Assembly (NCBI RefSeq): GCF_006345805.1
Contig: NW_021835273.1
Coordinates: 1 to 41,460 of the forward strand
DNA length: 41,460 nucleotides
Reading direction: 5' to 3'
Source: Octopus sinensis
Lineage: Eukaryota
The notes under the pieces were generated by a model, which worked only from the letters and a program-made list of their open reading frames with translations, did no database searches and was not told the DNA's origin. The translations under genes and the position numbers were made by a program. The first letter of the stretch is position 1; each line of letters begins with the position of its first letter. Of the stretch, positions 10,795-22,635 are shown one piece after another.

Positions 10795-13245
10795 CATTAA
10801 CAACTGTGTGACGTGAGGGCTAAGGAGAAATTAAAGTGTCACCTCTGGAGTTTGCAAATGACCACTATACTGATACGTAACTGGACAGAATAAATTTACA
10901 AGTCTTTGAATAACAAGTCACTCATCTGGGAAGGTCTTGAAACCAATGTTACCATCTGGGGACTATGTATGACCCAGCGATAATAAAAAGACTCAAAGAA
11001 GTCTTTACTAAACACTTTGCAACTGAATCAATGGAGGTAAAGATGCATCTCATTTACTTTACAATTTATGCACCACATTGCAAAAATCACAATAAAAGTA
11101 TATATTAAAGCAAACTCTTACCCTGTTGTACCATTGAATTCCAAATAATGCTCAACTTTTCTGCTCGGGTAACCCTACAGCTTCCAAGAGTACAAGTGTA
11201 TTCGTTTTTGCTTAGATAAAATGACTAAATTGTGGGTGTTAAGTCCCCATGAATGGGTGTTTGTACCTTCTAAGAAGATGACATTTTAAAAATATTTCTT
11301 TTATATCTGTTTTTTATCCTTAAGTTCCCAAATGTATGCAGTTAGCCCTGTTGAGTTAGCCTTATTCCTATTTCTGTAGCTCGACTGTTGTGCATTATAT
11401 CTGGGAATCATTTGTTACTTAGTGGCATCTATGTATGATTTCGTCTGATTATTTGTGCGGACATCACATTGGTAAACTACGTTATTTGTCTTACATCTAT
11501 TTGAGAAATGGCACTTTGTTCTATCCCTACAACCGCATAATTTATTAGGCGTATCTATGTCCGTGCTGTATTGTGGGGGGCAATTATTATTCAGGTCTGT
11601 ATCTAAGTTAGCGTTGCGTTAGTGGGGTGCTTAGTCCTAGTAGTTGGTTGGTTATTATTTTTATTGTTCACAATCTTTCTAGAATTTATCAATTTTTTTA
11701 TTATTCATTGAGGCTATTATTGCGGCTAAGTTATTAGTCAGACTGTGGTCTATTCTGATTTTATTCCTAAATAATTATGTGTACTCATTATTAACGTTTA
11801 GGTGTTTGTCTATGATTTTCATTAATGAGCGAACTATATTCAATTTGAGGTGCATGGTGTAGGGGAGTACTAGCCAGATATTGTATATTTGAGGTTTGTG
11901 TTGGGTTTCATGTAGGGTTCATAGAGTCCTGTGGCTAGGTTGCATGTTGTGTCTAAGTAGTTAATAGAGGTGTGTTCCTTTTCAATAGAGATAGATAGTT
12001 AAAATCTTTTGAAAAATTCATGTAGTTATTTCTTGAGAAGCTCTAGTTTCCTATTTGAGGGTTTCTTAATTATGAAGAGAGCATCGTCCCTGTATAATCC
12101 GCCTTTGAGTTCCGGGAATTTGTCTTGTATGTATGATAGCAAATAGATGCTTACCAAGTCAGTTACCTGCGCTGAATCCGGGGCTCCCATAGTGATATCA
12201 AAATAGTTAGGGGTATATTTACGTATCCAGAGTTTATCATCAAAGCTAATAAGTGATTTCCTGGCTTCTGATATTACATTTATTTCCTTCATGTTCAATT
12301 TTGCGTGATTTTTGGCGTATATTAGGGCACTATTGAGAATCGTAGGGTTAATTGAGGTGTAGTAGTCGTGTTGTTGTTACTCGTGTTCTGTATATGGGAG
12401 AACAAATTAATGGCTTCATATGTTTTGGACCGTAATTCTAGGGTTATTTTACTTTTTAGCTTAGGGATGTATTTATCGAATATTAGTTTGCTGAATTTAC
12501 ACAGGTCTGATTTGTGTGGGCATATTAATCTTACTTTAGTATCGGTTAGGAAGTTAGGTTTATGGTCTTTTATAGTGATGCGAGGTCTTGATGGCACGAA
12601 GAGTTCAGTTTTGTCCTTTAAGTTGTAGTCATTCATAATTTCCTTGGTTGCTAAGTTCATAGATATGTAGGTGCTACCTGGTGCTAATTTAAATCTTTTA
12701 GTGATTTCCTTATGTAGCAATTGGTGGTATAAGTTGACATCCAGGGTGTAAGAATTCCTAGTTTTGTCCGAGTGAACAATAATTCCGTTCTTTGATTCGA
12801 GCTTATTTAGCAGGTCTTTTAGGTTCTTTTGGTAGCTGTTATTCCTTAGTGGGTGTCGCTTGAATTTTAGGCTATTTATTGTATCCCAGAGTTCATTTTC
12901 AAAGGCTGCTAGGTGGCTGTTTGGTGGGGGTGTTTTCCTAGTTTTGAATACGCCTTTGGTGAATTCGTTTTTGTTGTGATGGTTTTGTGACTCAGGTTTA
13001 GCTTCCCTGTCATGAGGTAAGGCTTTCCAGAGTAAGCGATGGGTGAAGTCAGATATTTTACTGATGACGTCTTTAAGATATACATTTTTGGGTGGGATGG
13101 GTATATCTTTTAATGAGGCTTCCATTGTCATTTGTTCCATTTTGCCTGTACGCAGCTAATTGACTGTACCTACCCAAATAATAACAAGGAGCGACTTCGG
13201 ATTTAATTATCTCTTAGAGGTATTAAACCCCTCTAACTGATACCA
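10795..13245 (-). mobile_element. Penelope-like element PLE-1, near full-length and decayed (RT + C-terminal GIY-YIG; probably Hydra clade)
   Basis: N-terminus SLKDIPIP...RLLWKA; RT motifs FDITMGAPDSAQVTDLV and GLYRDDAL; CGCRDRTKCHFSNRC (CxCx5Cx5C, 11493-11537); VVY...YID; YIWELKDK; CRV..AEKL. Microsatellites on both flanks. The 3' boundary is approximate. Confidence 0.88.
11060..13140 (-). pseudogene. PLE-1 RT-endonuclease ORF, disrupted by frameshifts and stops
   Basis: ORF-track pieces 12322-13140 and 12026-12298, plus my manual translation of 11060-11540 giving the GIY-YIG domain with an in-frame TAA. Confidence 0.85.
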
Positions 13246-13309
13246 ACACAACACACACAAATATATATATGTGTCTCTCTCTCTCTCTCTCTCTCTATTT
13301 ATATCTATA

Positions 13310-13353
<44 letters not shown>

Positions 13354-13487
13354 CGCACAAATAGACAGGTGCGGTATTGTATCCATTGATATCTTAAATA
13401 TAGCTACCTATACATAAATTTATGCACAATATGTATGTACACACACAGAGACATACAGACGCACACATACACATACACATACACATG

Positions 13488-13523
<36 letters not shown>

Positions 13524-13694
13524 CAATGTACACCTCATATACTGTAAATGATCTATAAAGACCTAACTAGTGTCATCCTTTTATCCATTGCCAAGTACCA
13601 CGATAAATTCCCACACTTACAAGTATACACACACACGCACGTACGTATATACGTATATAAATAGGCATATATATGTATATATATATAATTATTA

Positions 13695-13780
<86 letters not shown>
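13246..13780. repeat. (TA)/(TC)/(CA)/(GA) microsatellite-rich tract
   Basis: Direct reading. Confidence 0.8.
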
Positions 13781-13781
<1 letters not shown>

Positions 13782-13955
13782 TAATTATAATAAAGGGTAA
13801 TTGCAACAAGTTGCTCAAAACCACATACCGAAAATAGGTCACCATTTCTCCTACAAGTAAAAAAGTCCACAAACAAACAGAATTTGCAACCCGTATATGG
13901 TAAAGAGAAAGAAAAATTAATTAATATATATATATATATATATATAATATATATA

Positions 13956-13986
<31 letters not shown>

Positions 13987-14136
13987 CATTAATTATAATA
14001 AAGGGTTAATTGCAACAAGCTGCTCAAAACCACATACCGAAAATAGGTCACCATTTCTCCTACAAGTAAAAAAGTCTCCACAAACAAACAGAATTTGCAA
14101 CCCGTATATGGTAAAGAGAAAGAAAAATTAATTAAT
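13779..14136. repeat. Tandem duplication of a ~148-bp unit separated by (TA)n
   Basis: 13779-13925 and 13987-14136 are near-identical. Confidence 0.9.
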
Positions 14137-14273
14137 CCACATGGGCTGGGATTTCGTTATTTTCTTTCTCTTTACCATATACGGGTTGCAAATTCTGTTT
14201 GTTGTGGAGACTTTTTTACTAGTAGGAGAAATAGTGACCTATTTGGCTGCCATTTCTAATATTTTCGGTATGT
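14032..14273. mobile_element. Fold-back element (MITE-like or inverted PLE end)
   Basis: Arms 14032-14129 and 14159-14273 are reverse complements; the left arm lacks ~20 bp between AAATA microhomologies. Confidence 0.7.
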
Positions 14274-14354
14274 CACGGATATACACATATACATACGACG
14301 GTCTTTCAGTTTCCGTGTACGTAATCCACTGAGAGGGTCAGCGTGAGGCTAGAG

Positions 14355-14445
<91 letters not shown>
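14355..14445. repeat. (TA)n microsatellite
   Basis: Direct reading. Confidence 0.95.
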
Positions 14446-15359
14446 CTCTTTGATAGGGGCAAAAGAATCTGTAATCTCTGACACTCTGAGCTTTTTCACA
14501 TTTTGTTCGCCCGAGGGCAGCTAGTGAACGGGATTTTGCAACACTCTTTCAGATGTCCCCACTGGAGGCGACTGACATTTCTTGCATACAATTGAAGCCT
14601 AAGATAATTAACACCTTGATGTCATAAGAAAAGGAAAAAAATTGTTTGGAAGAAATTTGGAAAAAATTTTGAATTAAATTTGAAAGGGGAAATTACTCCC
14701 CTTTTAGCGTATGTTCTGCTACTTTTTTTAGAAACAATATCAGGGATTATACTCCCCTGTTTTTTGACAAGTCATCTGTAAATAAACTGGTCATAGACGA
14801 ACTCACAGACACAGAATTTTATCAGCCGCTTGACCCGCAATGCCTACAATACAATATATTTTCTCTCTAGCTGCTTCCTAACATACTGCCACACATACAT
14901 AGGCGCATACACACACACATACATGTAGGTAGTTCCTCACACCCAAATAAGATAGCTGTCATTCTTAAAACAATTTGAACATTAACACTAGTTATACAGA
15001 ATATATTCACACTCTTTGGGTTTTCTGTGATTCTTCCCCTACCTGATTTGACCGTGGTTTGACCTAGGTTTATTCCAACGGATTTTTTCGTCGGCCTTCA
15101 CCCACTCTGACGTCAGCGCATATTGAGAGACAGTGTTGTGCCATTTTTACCATGGGCTCCTAGGGAGCGTTTTGTTCGAAAAGCTTGCTGCGCATTTGTT
15201 TTGAGATTTTAAATTCCTGGATTTTCCTGAAGAGAAAGCTGCAGAATGGTCTCCTTATTCAATCCGAATTTGGGAATTTGCAGCCTTTAAAACATGTGTA
15301 GAAAATAATAAAAAGGAATTTTGTAGAATCTTCGTTCGGCTCCATTTCTTCCCTTCACT

Positions 15360-15407
<48 letters not shown>

Positions 15408-15545
15408 AATGTATACATACATATATGTATATATATATACATACATATATATGTATACATATATATATATATACATAAATGTAGGATAAAATTTTTTTCG
15501 GGAAAAATTTTTTATCAATAACCTTTAAAGGTTAAATTTATAAAT

Positions 15546-15992
15546 AATTTACAAGATAAGGGCAAAAGAAAAATTCTAATGCCAAATGTGCCGAAAAGAA
15601 GACAATAATTGTCAATAAACCATTATAATTTATGCGTCTCGAATCAAACCGATAGAAATCTCTAAAAAATTCGTTATTACCGTATTGGTCCAATTTCGGG
15701 GTTAATTCGTAAGAGATTTTCCCCTCTTCAGCGACAAATACGCGAGATATAAGTGAAATACTTACTCATACCCATGGAAAAGGCAACCACTAAGTCCCGA
15801 GCAGAACTAAGTACCCCAAATATATCCAATATATAACCCCGAAATTGGACAAATACGGTAATAACGAATTTTCTAGAGATTTCTATCGGTTTATTTCGAG
15901 ACGCATAAATGATAATGGCTTATTGACAATTACTGTCTTTTTTTCGGCACATTTGGCATGAGAATTTTTCTTTTGCCCTTATCTTGTAAATT
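15546..15992. mobile_element. Fold-back element with ~158-bp arms carrying a hammerhead (inverted PLE pLTR-type structure)
   Basis: 15546-15704 is the near-perfect reverse complement of 15834-15992, with a ~130-bp spacer and (TA)n on both flanks. Confidence 0.85.
15677..15737 (-). ncRNA. Type I hammerhead ribozyme (HHR-B), complete
   Basis: Minus strand TTGTCG-CTGAAGA-GGGG-(19 nt)-CCCC-GAA-ATTGGACCAAT-A-CGGTAA: 6-bp stem I with two G.U pairs, G10.1-C11.1 stem II, near-palindromic stem III, AUA cleavage triplet. Confidence 0.85.
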
Positions 15993-16008
15993 ATAATTAT
16001 ATATATTA

Positions 16009-16052
<44 letters not shown>

Positions 16053-16154
16053 TCGGGGTGAGTACTTGATAATTATAAGCACCTGTGTATACCGTTTGGT
16101 GGTGTAGGTGGTGGAGTAAATTGATCAAAATAAAAACATGATGCCAAGGATTCA

Positions 16155-16232
16155 GCGGTACATATGTTTCGGGCCTTTATTAGACAGATTTATAACAATG
16201 CATAATGTATGTCTGTGGCCTTCTTCAGCCGC
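16155..16232 (-). ncRNA. Type I hammerhead ribozyme (HHR-C) with long stem II
   Basis: Minus strand GCGG-CTGAAGA-A-GGCC-ACAGA...TCTGT...GGCC-C-GAA-ACATATGT-A-CCGC: palindromic stem III, GUA triplet, 4-bp stem I, A.C opposition at the base of stem II. Confidence 0.78.
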
Positions 16233-18235
16233 GCACAACAGCTTCCACAAGGACATGTGTTACATCAAAAATTCTTGGTTGGGGATGCAAATCCTCTCAT
16301 TCGCGTACGACATAATGCGCGGCAACAGCATAGAATTGAAGCGTCCATCTCTTTCTTCTCTCAAGGTAGAATGAGGAAATTTGGATGTTGAAGTAATGTA
16401 AATAAATAAATACATATATAGACGTGAAGATGGAGGGGCGAGAATTCAGGACGAGGGATAAAAAATGTATAAAAGGTGTAAGTATAGAAAAATATAAAAA
16501 TGTAAGTATAAAGATATAAAGGGATATAAGGAGATGTAAAGGGGATATAAAAGATATAAAGAAATATAAAGAAATATAAATGAATGTAAAGGCATAAGGT
16601 TATAGAGTAAAAATAGAATAGAAATAAAAGTAAAAAGTAAAAGAATAAAAATAGGAATAAACATGATAAAAATGTAAAAAATATAAAGATAAGGGATGTA
16701 TAGAGGTTACGGACCAAACAGGGTGGTCAGGAGATTGATAAAATTTAGTTGTAGAAGTTTTGGGTGTCAATAAATCAACAGGGTCGTCTGGGGACCTAGT
16801 GTGTTGTAAATCAGAGCTGTTGAGCGTTTAATCTAGTTCTTTGAATTAATTGGTCATCTTGTACATACACCCATATGTACACATACATACACCCATATAC
16901 ACGCGCACATATACGCGCGCATACACGGCTCCAAGCCTATAAGCATACACACGCACTCACGTGTAAACATGTACATAAACACACATAAACCCACACGCAC
17001 GCGCGTATATATACATACATACAACAGAATATCCGCATATATACACGGACATTATACGTGTACACACCCATATATACATACGTGCGTCCATCCTTACATA
17101 CACATACACATATGCCCACGCTTCCAGGTTTAGATATAAGATATTAAAGGATGTATATAAGAACGTATGTAAAGAATCACGCACTCACGTCTACACGTGC
17201 ACGCACACACGGCTGTGTGTCCATATGTGCGTGCACATATACACTTACATACACACACAGAGACATACGCGCATATGGGTATAGCTATAAGATATTAAAA
17301 GATGTATACAAATAGGTGTAAACATATGAATATAAGAAAACATGTAAGAAAATGTAAAGAAATACGGGGTATGCACATCCAGACGTAGATGTTTACTCGT
17401 ACATATGTACACATATGTATACGTATACATACGTACACGGACGCTCGTATAATCATAAAGCGGATCCATAGGTAAGTAAATAAGGGATAAGCAAAAAAAA
17501 TTAGACATATATAGAGATATAAAGCGATAGGTTAGGGGTAGGAATGAGGGTAAGAGTAAAAATTAGAAATAAAAGTAAGAAATACAATATAAAATAAGAA
17601 ATACAATGTAAAAGTTAGAAATGAAATATAAAAATTATAAAAATTATAAGAATTAAGATAAGGGATGAAAATAAAAATGAGAATAAAGGTAAAGCGAAGT
17701 AGAATAGGATAAAGCAAAATAAAAGTAAAAATAAAAATAAAATAAAATAAAAATATAATCTGATAAAGTTTAACATGAGATGAAGGTGGTTGAAAGTTAG
17801 AGGTGTGTGTTAAAGGTGCCCACGTAGGGGCGGGCGGGGGGAACTGAAAATTGGAAGGGTGGGAAGTGGAGTTTGGCGGTGTGCGTTCAACATCCGAGTT
17901 AGAAATGTGAAAGGGTATAGATATAGGGAAATAAAGAGACTATATAGGAAGGATATGGGTGTAGGAGAAGAAATATGTAGGGAAAAAAGACATATATGGG
18001 AGACAAAATGTGTATATATAGGAGGAAAATGCAGGGAAACATATATGCACATACACACACACACACACACACATATATATTATATATGTATACATATACA
18101 TACACATATGTGCACATACATATATATACGCACACACATACACATATACACGCACGTATAGGAAAGCGGGATGTGCTGGAGCCGACAGGTTGCACTGGGT
18201 GGGAGGAAATTGCATGGGGGAGTTGGTATAATAAC

Positions 18236-19483
18236 CTAAGCTTTGTAGTATTTGAAAGTATTAATAAGTTTGTGTATACAGGATGGTTTGAACTCTGACC
18301 TTTTGTTAATAAGATTGTGTTTGTCTTTGAATTTCAAGATGTTCAGGAGTTCTACACAACATAGTTGGCATCCTGCTCTTTATTTAAATAAGGTGCAGCT
18401 GATCCGATGATGGACCACCTGAGTTTGAAGCCTATGCATTTGTCTTTTAATTCCCAAATTTTTTTAGAAAGGGAGGTGCTGTTAGCCTTATGTCTGTGTT
18501 TCAGCGAGGACCGGTGGTTGTAGTATCTGGATTTCCAGGAGGTTGAGCAACCTATGTAGGTGAGTGTGTTAAACTGGGTACTCACCTCACATGAATATAT
18601 TACGTTTTTCGCCCTACATGCGCCCTGTAGCGGACACTCGGATGCACATATGCAGTTGCATTGCATTGCATTATTCGGTCGTGTGCTGCTAATCCCAGGC
18701 AGAGGTGTTGCAATACGAGTGGGGGCGTTGATATCCTCCTGGTTGTTGATGGGTGTAGTATTTCCTCTGTTGTGTTGGCGGGTGTTATTACTAACTGTTT
18801 GGGTAATATGGCTGCCAGTCTGATTATATTGTCTACTATCTGGATGAGGGGGGTTCGGTTGGTCGCTATAGCTTGCTCTTGATCTAGCTGTTCTAATATT
18901 AATATAGTTATGTTTAGCTATGAGGCAGCTCATGTTGGGCAGGGTAGAGTAGGAAATCCTAATGGTTTTGTTGGAGAAGATACTTCTATACTTATGGGTG
19001 GGTGGGAAGTTGTTGGAAATGATAGAGAATATTCTCTTACATAACTTACCCCTAACTGCCAAGTTGTATGGTATGTTGAACCATATATATTTGCGTAATC
19101 TACTATTATCCCTTCTATTTCTCCTAATAGGATCTATATTGCTCTCGTCGGGAGGGTTACTATTGTGTGCTATTCTATTAGTTCGCCTATTTCCTATACG
19201 TTGTTTGGAGTTTAAATTAGAATTATCGTTAGTATGAGTTGAGTGCGGAGTTCGATTATAATTGGGAGTTTTATGGCTGACGGACGTTCCCGGGTGGTCT
19301 ACATATGATATTCTCTGGTTATACCCAGCATTATAGAGAGCCTGGTTGTAGTGTTGTGCGTGATTATTGAAAATTTCTCTATTAGAGGATAGTTTTGTAA
19401 GTCTGTCTGAGATGGCTTGGACCGTGGTGCTAATTATACAGGGTGGATGGTTGGAAGAGGTATGGATGTATTTGGTAGTTTCT
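18236..19483 (-). pseudogene. PLE-2 RT thumb + GIY-YIG endonuclease coding region
   Basis: YIHTSSNHPP, YNQALYNAGY, IWFNIPYN, ISYSTLPN, CNCICASECPLQGAC (18616-18660), NVIY...YIG, RYYNH, IWELKDK; after one frameshift near 18380, CQLCCVE...LINKRSE...CIHKL...stop at 18236. Confidence 0.9.
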
Positions 19484-19540
19484 ATATATACATACATATA
19501 TATATAGATATATATATACACATATATATATGTGTGTATT
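19484..19540. repeat. (TA)n microsatellite at the PLE-2 5' junction
   Basis: Direct reading. Confidence 0.9.
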
Positions 19541-19584
19541 CACGCTAATAATAATTCTTTGCATATTTCGTACACAGCCAGTGA

Positions 19585-19765
19585 TTTGGGGGAGAGAAGT
19601 CGATTACATTGACCCAGTTCTCATCTAGTACATATGTTATTGGTACCGGAAGGATAAAGGGGAACGGGCACATTGGCGGTATTTGAACTCGGGACTACAA
19701 AGCCCGGAAGAAATGGCACTATGTATTTTCTCTGACGCGCTAACGATTCTTCCAGCACGTCCAAG
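19585..19765 (-). mobile_element. SINE family 2, diverged copy
   Basis: AAGTCGATTACATTGACCC...ATTTGAACTC...GCTAACGATTCTTCCAGC aligns to 3030-3200. Confidence 0.75.
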
Positions 19766-19849
19766 AAGTTGAGCGAAACATTGGAGAAAAAAAGCAAACA
19801 CATGTCCGCACACGTGAAGAATATTCACACACAGTCACACACACATATG

Positions 19850-19884
<35 letters not shown>

Positions 19885-20579
19885 AGCGAGAGAGAGAGAG
19901 AGAGAGGTATATAAATTCATATATATATATATGTGTGTGTGTGTGTGCATGTATCACAGCAATGAATACAACTTAGTATTCTTCTCATCGGCCTAAATCT
20001 ATTGTAAGATGTGCTGCGAAGTGGCAACATGATAAGATATAGTTGCGTCAATATATAGTAATTTTGTATTCAATAGCTGAGTGTTGATTTTGAGTCCAAC
20101 GCCCATAAATTTATTTCATGAACGTTGTGCAAAACAACTACTAAACAACAATCACGACTTAGACACGTATATATATATATGTGTGTGTGTAAAATATACA
20201 AACAATTGAAAAATATGACCTCAAATATAATAGCAAAACAACCCAATGCCGTAATAAGAACCAGATAAAGAGATTACACACTATTACAAAAAACTTAGGT
20301 AGAAATAAAAGTACATACCTTAGCAATATGGATACCTTTAGGTAATTGCCTTCGGGAAAAATAATTATCAAGAAAGCCAAATTGTTTTATTGGCCATTTA
20401 CGAAACATTTTCTAAAAGACAGTAGATTCTAAAGAATTCTTTTCATAAAGAAACGGGTTCGATTAGCTTCTCGTAATAGCAAAAACGTAGCATAAGTTGA
20501 AGATGCACACAAGTACAGTATATTTAAGTTTCCATAAGAGGAGTAGCAATAATTGTATTCAGAATTATAATTATAGATT

Positions 20580-20645
20580 AATAAATAGCACTGGGGTCGA
20601 TATAATCGACTTAATCCCTTCCCCCAAATTTGAGGCCTTGTGCTT
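20580..20645 (+). mobile_element. SINE family 2 3' fragment
   Basis: GCACTGGGGTCGATATAATCGACTTAATCC. Confidence 0.7.
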
Positions 20646-20867
20646 TCAGGAGAAAGGGTTATTGTTTATTTTCATAAAGTACATTTCCCATATTGTAAAT
20701 GAAACTGTTGTTACTCTACAATTAAAAAATAATAATAACATAAATTCCAGTCTTTGTTTTAATATATTCATAATCTGCAAATAATATTCTAGATCAGGAA
20801 TTTCAATTTGTACATAAACTTGTCTCTTTGAAGAGAATTGATAGTCAGAATTGGGATATACCTCTCT

Positions 20868-20991
20868 TTCTCCCTCTCTCTTTCTCTCTCTCTCTCTCAC
20901 ACATATGTCTGTATGTATGTATGTATGTATGTATGTATGTATGTATGTTTGTATGTATGTATATATATATGTATATATATAGTTGTATATA

Positions 20992-21022
<31 letters not shown>
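20868..21022. repeat. (TC)/(TATG)/(TA) compound microsatellite
   Basis: Direct reading. Confidence 0.9.
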
Positions 21023-21024
<2 letters not shown>

Positions 21025-21272
21025 AATATATCCAAGAAATTTGGAGGTTGTGAATCCAACCAACTAAGGGATAATATCTATCCAATATACCCAATTATTA
21101 ATACCCATTTTTTATTGCATTGAAATTACATTACCGAGTGTACTAAATGGGTGAGGGTAAAGAGATATTTTACCATTAATTTATAGAGCAATAAGAAAAT
21201 GGAGGGATCAATAGGTGATTTATCAACTTTTAGACATTATATTATGTCAATTTATTTAAATAAATTGCTCTC

Positions 21273-21311
<39 letters not shown>

Positions 21312-21663
21312 GTATATGTATATATATGTATATATAAGCACCGCTAATGCTTATAAAGGCTATAGCATAACTAATATTGTTCCACATTACTCTGAAATTA
21401 CGCATATTAATCCACGTCTTTCAACGAACGATTTCAGCTACAACACGTGATGATTTACATATTATTAGGCGTGATAAATTGAGAGAATATTCAAGACGTT
21501 CTAGAAAAATCAAACAGCACACTTGGATCGACAGATATACACGCACTAACACACACGCGCAGCAAGGCAGTCATGCGGATACATACCGAAATTAATGCAT
21601 GCGTGCACACTCAGGCACATACATACATATATACATATATACATACATACATACATACATTCC

Positions 21664-21694
<31 letters not shown>

Positions 21695-21765
21695 GTTTGT
21701 ATACTTACTATATATACGTTTGTATGTATAAATTTACCATATCTATACACGTACATAATTGTGTG

Positions 21766-21823
<58 letters not shown>

Positions 21824-21973
21824 AATAACTAACTCCTTCTCTCTGTCTTTCTCTCTATATATATATGTCTGTATATATATATGTGTATGTGTATATATTT
21901 ATATATATATGTATGTATACACACACACAAATATATATATATATATAACTCAAGAAACAGGAAGAGAGAATTA

Positions 21974-22144
21974 GAGAAAGTTGGGGCGAAAGAGTACAAC
22001 AGGGGTCACCACCACCCCCTGCCGGAGCCTCGTGGAGCTTTTAGGTGTTATCGCTCAATAAACACACACAACGCCCGGTCTGGGAATCGAAACTGCGATC
22101 CTCCGTCCGCCAGTCCGCTGCTCTAATCACTGGGCCATTGCGCC
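21974..22144 (-). mobile_element. tRNA-derived SINE, family 3, full head
   Basis: Minus strand GGCGCAATGGCCCAGTGATTAG (A box)...GTTTCGATTCCC (B box)...CTCCGGCAGGGGG...CAACTTTCTC. Confidence 0.85.
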
Positions 22145-22156
22145 CCCATATATATA

Positions 22157-22290
22157 ATCGCAGTTTCGATTCCCAGACCGGGCGTTGTGTGGTGTATTTA
22201 TTGAGCGATAACACATAAAGCTCCACGATGCTCCGGCAGGGGATAGTGGTGATCCCTGCTGTACTCTTTCGCCACAACTTTCTCCCACTC
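22157..22290 (+). mobile_element. SINE family 3, 5'-truncated copy, head-to-head with 21974-22144
   Basis: Reverse complement of 21974-22099 with about 8 substitutions and 2 indels by hand alignment. Confidence 0.85.
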
Positions 22291-22321
<31 letters not shown>

Positions 22322-22489
22322 TATATAAATGGTAGATTCTCGTGGCCAAGAAAGACAGTTCTGCAACTTCTTGCTGAACAGCCTGTACAGAAGATTTGTT
22401 TATGGTGATCAACTACACATAATAGATATTTAATAGCTGGTATTACACATCAACTCCTATCAAATCGACATTACATGTACAGACACACA

Positions 22490-22633
22490 CTGTGCCCCGC
22501 GGGAGATGTCGAATTGATCACAGAGCAACGTGTGATGAGATGTTATTCTCAAGAACTCAATGCATCGTCAGGTCCGGGAATCGAAACTGTGAACTTCCGA
22601 TCGTGTGTACAGAGCCCGAACCACTAGCCCATG
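22490..22633 (-). mobile_element. tRNA-derived SINE, family 4 (CORE-like), diverged
   Basis: Minus strand GCATGGGCTAGTGGTT...GTTTCGATTCCCGGACC...GTTCTTGAGAATAACATCTCATCACACGTTGCTC. Confidence 0.7.
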
Positions 22634-22635
22634 CT

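Larger units (their letters stand above)
16050..19483 (-). mobile_element. Penelope-like element PLE-2, 5'-truncated, with a ~2.2-kb 3' region ending in a hammerhead
   Basis: RT thumb + GIY-YIG coding 18236-19483, strongly strand-biased low-complexity 3' region, HHR at 16155-16232, (TA)n at both ends. That 16050-18235 is one continuous element is inferred. Confidence 0.72.

Noticed and set aside
11060-13140. Selenocysteine recoding as in some Naiad PLEs
   Set aside because: The endonuclease here is C-terminal, the conserved Cys codons are TGY, and the interrupting stop I saw is TAA.
13185-13240. Possible degenerate hammerhead in the PLE-1 5' UTR (CT-AAGA-GAT...ATCC-GAAG) and a 7-bp hairpin
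   Set aside because: It needs two core changes and has no stem I pairing.
15195-15365. Plus-strand frame containing EWSPYS, reminiscent of the mariner WPPYSPDLNP motif
   Set aside because: PDLNP is missing, and there are no other DDD motifs or TIRs.
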